From Phoronis australis (Eukaryota > Animalia > Phoronida): DNA of 64,000 nucleotides. The position numbers and the translations under genes were made by a program. Where the stretch lies: contig NMRA01000334.1 in NCBI GenBank assembly GCA_002633005.1, forward strand, positions 62,001-126,000, given 5' to 3'. Position 1 is the first letter of the stretch; every line of letters starts with the position of its first letter. The notes under the pieces are model-generated. The model was not told the DNA's origin and did not search any database. It saw only the letters and a program-made list of their open reading frames with translations. Below, piece by piece: positions 39,401 to 49,500 of this stretch.

Positions 39401-40117
39401 TTGCACGCACCCTGTCCGGTCTTTAGATTTACATGTTGAAACAAGTGTCACGGCGAAGTGACGAGCAGAACTATCCTGGCTGTGTGCAATTTCGGGGTCT
39501 ATGGAAGAAAAACACACAGTGTCACCAGTGGTACCTAGCTGTATTTAGACGACAGTCTCCATACAGCTAGCTGGCTGGCTAATGTTGTGAGACTAGAGTG
39601 GCACACGACCCTAGTCTTGACAGAGGAGATCATGGAACAGATAAACTCAAGCGCCTGTGCTCTGGACTGCCGCTTCAAAATCCCAACATGTTCAATCAAT
39701 GCCGAACAAACTAGGAGGCAACTGCCTTAGTAAGCGGCCAGAATAGGATTTATTAGACTCCCCAGTCCTACAAGAACTTGCACCGGTTTCGAGACACGTC
39801 ACCATCAACAGACAACGATCCCACTTTTTTGAGAAATCAAAAAATCCCAAAATTCAAGCTTTACCTACCATTGCACCAATAAATGATAGTTGACTTTTTG
39901 CACCAGGTTGCAAAGCAAACACAAAAGATCGAACTGCAGACTTTCCCCCATTTTCGATCGTCACCGAGGTTGAAACCTTTACGAGATGAGTCGTCAAATC
40001 GACCTTCCTATCGACTTCGCTAAGTACAAGGTCTGAACTAATTGTCTCTTGATTTGCAGTATAACATGTACTTAGGAAAGCAGCGATCACAATCGCCTTG
40101 AACTGAAAGCCCTGCAT
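27314..40117 (-). CDS. RPN1: Dolichyl-diphosphooligosaccharide-protein glycosyltransferase subunit 1 (ribophorin I); 10 coding exons, 604 aa
   Basis: Exons of 249, 65, 313, 207, 193, 100, 139, 120, 246 and 183 nt (total 1815) join in frame. They include a signal peptide, [51 protein letters not shown] and a TM helix. Confidence 0.98.
28000..28245 (-). CDS. RPN1: RPN1 exon 9
   Basis: [13 protein letters not shown]...SDMAEK|gtgagt. Confidence 0.94.
28606..28679 (-). ncRNA. Box C/D snoRNA candidate A (RPN1 intron 8)
   Basis: Minus strand GGAAGCC-TG-ATGATGT(C)-CTAAGA-CTTTGTTTTAGTTC-CTGA(D')-TTAATT-ATGATTA(C')-CACGTTTTA-CTGA(D)-A-GGCTTCC. It has a 7-bp terminal stem and is sense to the host gene. 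Confidence 0.85.
29301..29420 (-). CDS. RPN1: RPN1 exon 8 (transmembrane segment)
   Basis: [40 protein letters not shown]|gtgagt. Confidence 0.95.
29865..29942 (+). mobile_element. Degenerate tRNA-derived SINE head
   Basis: A-box-like TAGCTCAGCTAG and B-box-like GAATTCGAATGC at tRNA-like spacing. No intact cloverleaf. Confidence 0.35.
30147..30285 (-). CDS. RPN1: RPN1 exon 7
   Basis: [46 protein letters not shown]|gtaaac. Confidence 0.95.
30783..30882 (-). CDS. RPN1: RPN1 exon 6
   Basis: [32 protein letters not shown]|gtaagt. Confidence 0.95.
31261..31460 (+). mobile_element. Truncated MITE of the CAGGGC-ended family also present at 61509-61764
   Basis: CAGGGCTTGAGATGACCAATGACAAAAAAG... 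aligns with the reverse complement of 61764 leftwards for about 200 bp. Confidence 0.65.
31598..31790 (-). CDS. RPN1: RPN1 exon 5
   Basis: [22 protein letters not shown]...[11 protein letters not shown]...YLYNK. Confidence 0.97.
31976..32047 (-). ncRNA. Box C/D snoRNA candidate B (RPN1 intron 4)
   Basis: Minus strand GAAGCC-TG-ATGATGT-CTAAGA-CTTTGTTTTAGTTC-CTGA-ACTGTA-GTGATTA-CAAATTTTA-CTGA-A-GGCTTC, a paralogue of 28606-28679. Confidence 0.85.
32144..32192. repeat. (AAAC)n microsatellite
   Basis: About 12 AAAC units. Confidence 0.95.
32237..32443 (-). CDS. RPN1: RPN1 exon 4
   Basis: [30 protein letters not shown]...AIKAFK|gtacct. Confidence 0.96.
32530..32604 (-). ncRNA. Box C/D snoRNA candidate C (RPN1 intron 3)
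   Basis: Minus strand CAAGCC-TT-GTGATGT-CTGAAGA-CTTTGTTTTAATCT-ATGA(D')-TATCTGTA-CTGATTA(C')-GATCATTTG-CTGA(D)-A-GGCTTG. It ends about 86 nt upstream of the 3' splice site. Confidence 0.8.
32851..33163 (-). CDS. RPN1: RPN1 exon 3
   Basis: [21 protein letters not shown]...[14 protein letters not shown]|gtaggt. Confidence 0.95.
33192..33298. repeat. Minisatellite, about 3 x 33 bp
   Basis: Repeated tgctaRRtggttcaagacctccttcacatgttgat-like unit. Confidence 0.8.
33340..33950. mobile_element. Degenerate DNA-transposon remnant with CAGGTCGC/GCRACC subterminal motifs
   Basis: Clusters of aggtcgc/aagtcgc at 33360-33435 and ggcaacc/aggtcgc at 33865-33912 resemble those of the 20291-22468 element. 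The TIRs are not clear. Confidence 0.4.
34264..34328 (-). CDS. RPN1: RPN1 exon 2
   Basis: ttcag|[21 protein letters not shown](I)|gtaagt. The 65-nt length and phases fit exons 1 and 3. Confidence 0.85.
34414..34983. mobile_element. PIF/Harbinger-like MITE (570 bp), TAA TSD
   Basis: About 40-bp TIRs (R)GGCTGTTCCAGYAAAATCTGTRTGGGAGGGGGGAAGGCA at both ends, with TAA on both flanks. Confidence 0.85.
35575..36832. mobile_element. hAT-like non-autonomous element, right end missing
   Basis: Starts CAGGGCTCAACA. Clusters of GGGCAAGT/ACTTGCCC subterminal repeats at 35600-35700 and 36780-36832. Confidence 0.6.
39869..40117 (-). CDS. RPN1: RPN1 exon 1 (signal peptide)
   Basis: [21 protein letters not shown]...[14 protein letters not shown]...LSFIGAM|gtaggt. 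Confidence 0.93.
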
Positions 40118-40452
40118 CGTAAATTATACAAGGATCAAATGGATTAAGACTGATAATAAAGCCGGTTCCTGGACAAGGAATGGCGGCGCCCTGGGAAAAG
40201 GAGCCTCGTTATAAAGTTTGTTGGCCAACTTGGCACTCCCACAGTGCAAATTTTTTTTCTAATAAATGACAAAAATTTTAATATTTTACAAATAAATACA
40301 CTAAATATGTATAAAATATCAACAAAATAAATCTTGATTATGCATATATATAACTTTTTATAATTTTCATTTTTCTCCTCTGAATTTAGCGCCAAATCAC
40401 GTCCGATTGAAAACCTTGCATGGCTGAGTGTTAGGCCTAGTGTGTAAATGCC
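40118..40452. promoter_or_regulatory. Putative bidirectional promoter shared by RPN1 and IPO9
   Basis: 335 bp between divergent ATGs, a very AT-rich core at about 40250-40375, and a YY1-like AATGGCGG at about 40179. Confidence 0.7.
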
Positions 40453-40585
40453 ATGGCGTGTGGGGAGGATCGAACGAAGTCATTGAAAGAAGCTTTGTAT
40501 GAAAGCTTGACAGCTATTTTATCACCTGTACACGATGTCAGGCTCGCTGGGGAAGCACAAATAAAGGCACTAGAAGTCACAGAAG
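40453..40585 (+). CDS. IPO9: IPO9 exon 1
   Basis: [19 protein letters not shown]...KALEVTE, G|gtggag (weak donor, but the phase fits exon 2). Confidence 0.88.
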
Positions 40586-43500
40586 GTGGAGAGTTCAGAA
40601 GTTTATTTTGGTCTTTAACTGTGAATAACTGTCCCTTGGCTTTACCTTTCAGGTTTCACATTCGCCATTCGAGGACTTTGAAACTTGTCTGTGCTGCGGT
40701 GAAACATTTGGAACTGGTCAAATATAGCTCTCCCTGCTTTTGGAGATTCAATTTCATCCACTGAATAATGGTCCTGCTATTCGTGCCAAACGTTTCCTCA
40801 AAAATTTTTCAACTGGTTGAATGTGGGGGAATTTTGCTGCTTGCTTCACATTGACGATGTGGGATTCTTAACCGAAAACTTTGGTTTGGGGATGAAGACA
40901 TTACCACGCTTTCCAATCTTGAGTTGCTGCTGAATGAGCCAGCAACTCATTGCAAGCCACTGGAAATGTGAACATAATTACAGGATATAGGCTAAAGCAT
41001 TTTATTGAATCACTGTTGGTTTCAAGGTTATTTTTGCGATGGAAAATCAGATACTGACTTGGTAAGGGATACGTATGAGGTTGGTTTTCGGAGCTTAGAA
41101 TAGTGTATCCTCAGTTGTTATCAAACGAAAAATGAATTAAGATACCGATATGGTAATAACATTGGTCTCATAACATTCCTTACTGTGACAGGACTGGATT
41201 TCCATTACCAACAAGAACATAAAAATGAATTAAGATGCTGATATGGTAATAACATTGGTCTCATAATGACAGGACTGGATTTCCATTACCAACAAGAACA
41301 TAAAAATGAATCAAGATACCGATATGGTAATAACATTGGTCTAGTAACATTCCTTAATGTGACAGGACTGGATTTCCATTACCAACAAGAACATAAAAAC
41401 TCATCAATTCAAGAAAATGCATCAAACTTAATGGGGGGGGGGTTGATCAAACTTAAAATTGCAAATTCAAAAATGGCTCTATTGTAAGCAGCCAAGGCTT
41501 GAAACTTGAGAAGCCAGTTGATTCAGCAACAATTGAGGATAGGAGGTAAAAGTAATTTAAATCTCAAAGCGCTTCAGTTATGATGGTCCTTGCTCAATGG
41601 AGGGTGGAGGAAAAGGTGCCCGTGCCTTCTAAGAGCGAATTTTTTCTCGAATGAGGGAACACCCCCGCCGTAGTCATCTCCAAGCGGACCCCTTTTTCGG
41701 TTATACAGTTGACTCGGCTTGCAGGAGTTGGATGCCTAAGTCACACTCGTGTATCTTGTGCAAGTTGGACAGATTCTCGTCTTGCATTTCTAAATTTGAA
41801 GTCGTAGATGTGAGCCCATTCTCACAAACTTTGACACAGTGTGGCGGAACAATAAACACCTGGAATTGAATGCTTTTCTATGTTCATGGTCTGTAGCATA
41901 AGTACATGTGCACATTGTTTTGAAAATTGTGGGTATTCTCAACAATGTTAAGAGCTCTTGAAAAATGAAAGAATATAAAATTATTAATTTTGGCTTTAAA
42001 TTTTGTCTAAAATTGGTCAAATTTTACTGCAGTAAATACAATTTACCTTTGGTAAATAATCTCAAGTTTTACTACATGTCAAAATGAATTCGCCAAGTAT
42101 GTTGCTTTGCCGTAAATTTTTATTGGTTTCTATGCATGCTACTGATTGCTTTTCCTGTTCAATTAATTTGAGGTTTTTACATTACAAATGTAGTTCATGG
42201 CATATTGTTTTGTATCATGATCATGCCAAAGATAGCAGATATGGTGGCCATTTTGATTACAAAAGTGGCACATCTTTAAGTAACTTGCTACAAGTGTGCT
42301 AAGTTTAATTTATTTTTGCTTTTGCAGAGTTTGGTGTTCATCTGGCGGAGTTCACGGTAGATGTTCACGGTTCTCTGGCCCACCGACAGCTGTCATCAGT
42401 GTTGCTGAAGCAGTATGTTGAAGCTCATTGGTCACAACATTCGGAAAAATTCCGGGAACCTGAGACGTCACAAAATGTATGGGAGTTAGCTTGAATTGTT
42501 CTTGGTAGCTTCGTGCCACAAATGAAAATTGTATCCTAGAAACTTATGGAAAATGAAAATTGTCTAAATTGTGAATGAGAACATTAGGCTCTCTTGATTG
42601 ACTCCGCCTGGTCAACTGGCTAAGACATCTGATTGGTCCTTGATGACTGCTTCGGGCTTACTAACCAATCAGACCTCTAAGTCGGTTGACCCAACAGTCA
42701 GTCAAGTGCAGGCTATGTGTAACTGGGTCTTAGTATGCACAAGCCAAGCCAACCTAATGTGTGACAACACAGTACAGTGTTCAAGGTATGCTGTAGCCAG
42801 CATTTGTTTTTTTTGCCCAGTTTTAGGTCAATAGCAGTCATGGCTATATAACTTGAAAAAGTTGTTTCCTGTTCTGAGTCAGGATATCTTGAGTCTTATT
42901 GTGTTTTTGTGGCTGATACTAGCAACTGAACCTTGTTTTTATGGTAATACTGTGGTCATAATAGAGCTTGTGTTATTTTCGGCTTATTAATCCTTCATTC
43001 TTATTTTCGCTTTCTTTGAACTTGGCCATTTTACCTGCTGAAGCAGTGCTCAATGTAGCTTTAAATTAACACCTAACCAATTGATAACGACTTACGTTAT
43101 TAATTTCAGGCCAAAGAGATGATCCGGCAGGTGCTGCCAGTTGGCTTGAAGGAGACTATTAGTAAAGTGCGCTCTAGCGTTGCATATGCCGTGTCAGCCA
43201 TCGCTCATTGGGACTGGCCAGAGGCCTGGCCCAATCTGTTCGATATATTGGTGCAAGCGTTGACCAGTGAGGACGCCAATGCAGTACATGGCGCCATGAG
43301 GGTGCTAACCGGTAATGTCATGTGACGTGGGTGTCCATTTTTTATTTCATAATTTTCTAAGTATGAAATCCTTGTGCCTGAGGGCCGGTGCAGATATGAT
43401 CAGGCAAATTCAAGGCTGCTATTTTTGATGATTTTGTGAACAGCCACGACTGTTTGTAAACTCTGTTGATACGAATGCAGTGTCCCATGTTTGAGAAATA

Positions 43501-46500
43501 TGATAAATGACCTACTCGCCCGTATCCTAATCTTCAGAATCAAAGGAAATTGAATTTTAGTGTACTAAACTTTAGAGACTGTCCTAACAGGAAAGTTTTT
43601 ACCATAGGCTTAAATATGCTGGAAATATATTGTCCTGGAGAGAAGGTAGCTTTGATATGCTAAGGTGTTTGTTTTTATACTTGCAATGAAATGAACTCCA
43701 TTTAGTCGGTGTTTATGTTGAGCCAAAGACTGTGAACAATCTCGAATTACACTTTCATCCATTTCAGAATTCACGCGGGAAGTCACAGACACACAGATGC
43801 CCGAGGTGGCGTCAGTTATCCTCCCTGAGATGTACAAAATATTCACACAGGCGTCTGTAAGTTACTGAGAGGTCAATATTATCTTATTTGGTCACGCTCA
43901 ACAGATCAGGGATTTTGAAATCTCATGTGCTCAAAACATTGAAATTGAGGAAATATACTTAAAAAAGCCTATGAAAATGTACTTAAACAATTTGCTTTTC
44001 ACATTGAGCTGGAATTGAAAGATAACCTGGCATTTAAGTTGAGTAATCACATTCTGAACGTGCTAGCCAATCTGAAGGTTTTTGCATTTTTCACTTGTAA
44101 AACATTGTAAAGTAAATTGTGTTACTGAGGTCTTCATTTGGATTTCTGAAGCAGATCAACAAAATAAAATACAGCTTTAAAACCCTTACCAGCAAGTCTG
44201 TTTGTTTAGCCCAGCATCTAAACACTACATTTTAAAAATATATTATGAAGTCTAGAATTTTATTTTAACTTCATAGCAATCCCATGAATTGGGTCACATG
44301 ACCATGCATTTCAGTAAAATTTAGCAAAAAAGAAGATACATTCATGCCTAACAACGGTAACAATAACATGACTAAATCTCATTTGACATTGACATTCAAA
44401 AGGAAATTTCAAAAATGCTGCCACAATTTCCTAAATCATCATTTAATTAACCTTTGATGTTTTAAGAAAAATCATTGAAAGTCCTCAGGCTATTTTTTAG
44501 TACCTCAAGAGGAACATTTTAAAAACATTTTAAAATCAATCTCTAACAGCATTTTGGAGGGCAATGCACAATGCATAGTATTTGAAGGTTTCGTGAGAAT
44601 CTGATCGACCATTTCTGAGATAAGATGCTTTGAAGTTAGCCAAATTTGGACATTTTCCTTTGGTGTTTATAACCGGAAGAATGTTTGATCTTTGTAGTTG
44701 AATGTCTGTGCTCAAAGGAAAGGAAGACCGTGGGTCAGTTGTTGAGATGACCAATGTTTTTTTTTTTCAGGTTTACAGTGTTCGCACCAGGTCTCGTGCT
44801 GTGGACATCTTCAACACCTGCACATCTATGATTCTTGAGATCTCACAGTATCACAAGGTAGTGTCTTTATTGGATTTAGGTTGTTGTAGCGGGGCATGGG
44901 TGTGTGAAAATATATTAAGATATTCACGTCACAATAGGTAAATAAATGATTTTTTGTTTTGCACAATGTGAAGCGCGCACGATTTCTTATTTCAAAAATA
45001 TTTTTATGTACCGTTAACAGGGCGTAGCCAAGCAGATTTTATTCCCGACCTTACTGCCCCAGTTTGTGGAAGCATTCACACAGGCTTTGCAAGTTCCCGA
45101 CGGTCTCGTGTCTGACAGTGGCCTGAAGATGGAGGTACTGAAAGGTATGAAATGTCCACTGATTAACTATGATGCAAAAAGTTACCAGGTGCTACTTCCA
45201 CTCAAAATAATAGAAATTAGCAACGTAAGTAAAGAGGAAATAATATTCGCTCTCACAAATCACAAATCCCAGCTCTGCTTGACTTAAATTTACAGAGCTC
45301 AAAAAAGGTATGTCAGATTTATATGCTTGTGTCATCATGAAATTTCCCATTGATACAGCACAATAAAAAAACAAAAAAAATAATTGTAGGTGGTCTGATA
45401 CACGTTTTACTGATCACCTGGAACCATTTTCATGCTTTATTGATATACAGTTAAGGAGCTAGAATCCTGACTGAAGGGTTTAGCATTATGACCCAGTAGG
45501 ACTTGAACCGACGACCTCGAGTAAAGAAAAGGCACACCCATTGCACTAGGCCACACTGCCCCCTATTGAGGCAATACAAGACAAATACAATTTCCCTGTT
45601 GTTGTCTAATTTGTTAGAATGAATTGTTGGTAATATCTATTAGGGTGACAAAACTCATTACAGCCTGCCTCCCGTTCAGCAACGCTAGGACCTCGCCAAA
45701 AAGCAAGAATTCGCGAGATTACGTGAGATATTGCCGTGCATTTGAAATGAGAACACGTGACTTTGACTAGATTTTAGCTAGGTCCTAGCGTAGGTCCTAG
45801 CGTCTACTGAACGCGCGCCAGGCTTAGCCACGTGACTAACTTTCCTTTTGCCCAATCATCTGGGGAATTCCAGATGATTTTGACTGGATACTTTTCACTT
45901 GCACTGTAATCGATGCAGACTTTCTTTCAAAGACTTGACTCCTTATCTCGCTAGCTCTTACCACGCTACTGAAGAATATGCCGGGTAAACTGAGCCAGTG
46001 GCTTCCACAGATACTGCCCCCTGTCTGGACAGCGCTGACCGAGAGTGTAGTTCGGTAGGTTTTTGACGGTTGAAGTCCATACCATGCTAATTGGGTCACG
46101 TCAAAGACACAAGTCTTGAGACTACAAGGAATCAACATGTACAAACTATGTTTGAATTCTGGTCGGTCCACAGTGTATATTGTGTGATATTGTAGGCACT
46201 TTGAATCAAAAAAGTTAAAGGGGTTGCTGTCCTAGAACGCACTTAAAATCAAATTTTTTAAAGATGGCAATCCGTGTTTATTTGTGTTGTCAAGTCCAGT
46301 GAGGGTGTGTTCTGCGGATCTGATGCACTTTTGTTTACTGTTCATGTTACTTTAAAGTTGTTTGGCGAATAAGACGGCCTGAATTGTAATTAAACCAAAA
46401 TTTTCATAGTTTATACATTATTATAACAGATCATGATTTTTTATCCAGGTTCAGAAATCTCCAAAGCTGCATATTCTTACATTATCTAATGACAGTCGCA

Positions 46501-49500
46501 AAAAAATTAATTGGGGTCCTCAGAAAAATCACATCTAGAGTTACTGTTAGAGAATACAAGGACCTGCGTTTTTGGGCATTTTTCAAACTCATGTTTTGAA
46601 GTATTTCGTAAGAAAAATAAACTGTTTAATTTGAATGTTAGCCATCTTATACACCAAACTCGTGTCCAGCAACTTCAAAGGGGTTTTATGTGTACTTGCA
46701 ATTTTTCAGAACATTGTCTTGTGGTGTCTATGGGACAGAACCTGATAAGGGCTGTTCCAGTAAAATCTGTGTGGGAGGGGGGGGACGGCAGCAGAAATAA
46801 AAATTCATGGGTGGTGGTCTTCAGAAAAAAACTCAAATTATGGGTGGTCGTTCCTATAAGAAGTGATGCATTAAAAATGGGTGGTATTTTTTGACCTGTT
46901 AATGTTGATCCCAATAAAAAAGAGCCCATATTGCCAGTGAACAGAGTGCAATATGTTCACTAAGCCATTAAACAAGTCATGGGCAACTTGATTTGAGTCA
47001 ACTGTTTGTCTACAGTCCTATNTTTTCATAGTTTATACATTATTATAACAGATCATGATTTTTTATCCAGGTTCAGAAATCTCCAAAGCTGCATATTCTT
47101 ACATTATCTAATGACAGTCGCAAAAAAATTAATTGGGGTCCTCAGAAAAATCACATCTACAGTTACTGTTAGAGAATACAAGGACCTGCGTTTTTGGGCA
47201 TTTTTCAAACTCATGTTTTGAAGTATTTTGTAAGAAAAATAAACTGTTTAATTTGAATGTTAGCCATCTTATACGCCAAACTCGTGTCCAGCAACTTCAA
47301 AGGGGTTTTATGTGTACTTGCAATTTTTCAGAACATTGTCTTGTGGTGTCTATGGGACAGAACCTGATAATGGTAAAATGTTACGATGGTGTCATTTAGC
47401 ATTTAGGGAAAATGAGAAAGTGAAATTTCATTTGCCAGTCGTACTATGTTTAATCTGACAGAATTTTACAGTGTACTTTTGTATGTGACATTAATAGTGA
47501 CGTGGTTAGATCTTGACTGATGTTAATATGGCTTTCAAAGTCATTGTGTGATAGTCATTTCATCATGGATTCGCCTTAACGACTCTTGAGTCATTCACTG
47601 TTGCTACCTAACGCATCACACTGCGTTTGATGTTTGATGGCTGCTTTAACCTATTGCTATTAATAGCACAGCATGTCCCTTGTTGTCATAGGTATGTACG
47701 AACAGTGGTGAACGACCATGACCTCGCTGATGACCCTGTGGATTCAGATGGTTTGTACTATATAATTCCTCTGTGTTGTAGACATTCCAGTTTTCCACAA
47801 CAAAAGGAAACAGATGGAATTCTCTTAATCTGACCACTTTCACGGAATTAGTGATTTCAAACGGAATTTACATATTTCAGGGGCAGTTATCACTTACAAA
47901 AAAATTAGAATTATAATCCATCAAATTTAACATATTCTGGCCACAAATCGATTGACGATTGTTTTCAGCAGACATGTTCTAGCTGTTGTTTTTCATTCTT
48001 TCTCAAGGTGGCAATGTTTTTTTCTGAATTTGAGGAACAATTAACATGTTGTGCTGCAGTAAAACAGAGCAGCATCAATCAGCGTAGAAAGTAAGACAAA
48101 TCTCGTTGTTTTGTCACACTTTCAGATTATAGTGAACAGAATTTACGGACATTTATGTTTGCTAAAACGGATTTCTCAGTTTTTGAAATGGAAAATTAGG
48201 GTTTTGTTTCTCGTGAGTGTCATCTGTAGAATTTCATCAATAAATAATAATAGAAATTGTTGAGCACCTTGTTAGTCGCATATTGGTTATTTTCAGACGG
48301 AAATGACATTTTGTTGCCTTAAATCTTTATTTGTTGCTGGGAACTTTTTGTAAGAGATCTGAGAAAGTGAGTTGCATGTCTTTGAAGAAGTAGCAGCAAC
48401 AGTTTGACTCTGAAGTTTCGATTTTTTACGATAAGGAAGTAATTTTTTTTGGAGACTATGTACCGAACCGTCTTCACATAGATTGTAATTGAGTTCTGTC
48501 ACTGAGGTGTGACAAAGGGCAAAGTGATTTGAGCTGTCGACTCAAGTTTTGAATCCTGTGTACTCTGCCTGCATTCACTCCTTGAATGTGTGATATTGAG
48601 TGAATTTAGCAATAGCTCTCATGGAAGGCACTGCGGATTATCGCAAATGAAGATTGTTAAAGAAATATTTCATAAGAATCTGTGAAGTTTTTTTCAGTTC
48701 TGACATTTGTTTCGTGCATCATGTCGTGTAGCATTTTATTCAGGCTTCCTATTCGTCAAAAATGTGGCACGGTACATAGTTCTCAAAAGTTGACGAAATT
48801 TCTTCTCGTCAAATTTTGGCCAAATTTCGGAGAAAAGTTTTGCATTTAATATCATCTGGGTTCATCATAGGTTTTCATTGTAATTTCAACGGTCTTAGAC
48901 AAATTCTGACGACATCTGATAATGAAACAGATATTGTCAGTATCTCATCCTGAGTGCATTTCCCTGAATTTTGTTATGTTCTGCAGGTGAGGTACTGGGC
49001 TTTGAGAACCTTGTCTTCTCCATATTTGAGTTTATCCATGGCCTGATCGAGACGCCCAAGTTCCACTCTACTGTGAAAAGCTCCATGGACCAACTTATTT
49101 ACTACGTTGTGCTTTACATGCAAATCACTGAAGATCAGGTGATTTACAGTTCTTGTTTACAGTTAAAGTTTTCTGAGCAAACACTACAACTGACACTTTG
49201 ACATTTTGAGACTTCGAATACTGGATTGTGCAAGCATGGTTTTCTTAATTAAATTGAGACAAAGTGAATTCTTTAAATGTATATTCTGAAAAATCTAAAT
49301 GTACAATAATTGGATTTAAGCCAAGAAAATGCTAGTGACATCAGCAGTATTACACCAATTAAAGGACTTTGATGCTAAAGAGCGAGTGCTTAAAAGAAGG
49401 AAAATCGTATTTTTTTGCCAAAGTGACAGACTGATGCTGTCAGATGTATTTGCATAACAATGTACAAATATTTTGTTGAAGGGGCGATGCCGGGTTGTCT

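Noticed and set aside
41128-41399. Regularly spaced repeats resembling a CRISPR array (also 62472-62706)
   Set aside because: The units are contiguous tandem copies without unique spacers, there are no cas genes, and the context is a eukaryotic intron.
45491-45563. Functional tRNA gene (also 29865-29942)
   Set aside because: A- and B-box-like motifs are present, but the acceptor and anticodon stems do not pair, so these are treated as SINE heads.
47570-47592. U12-type branch-point-like CCTTAAC followed by AG about 10 nt later in IPO9 intron 7
   Set aside because: The donor is GTAGGT, not GTATCCTT/ATATCCTT, and using that AG would add 101 nt and break the frame. No donor called in the window matches the U12 consensus.
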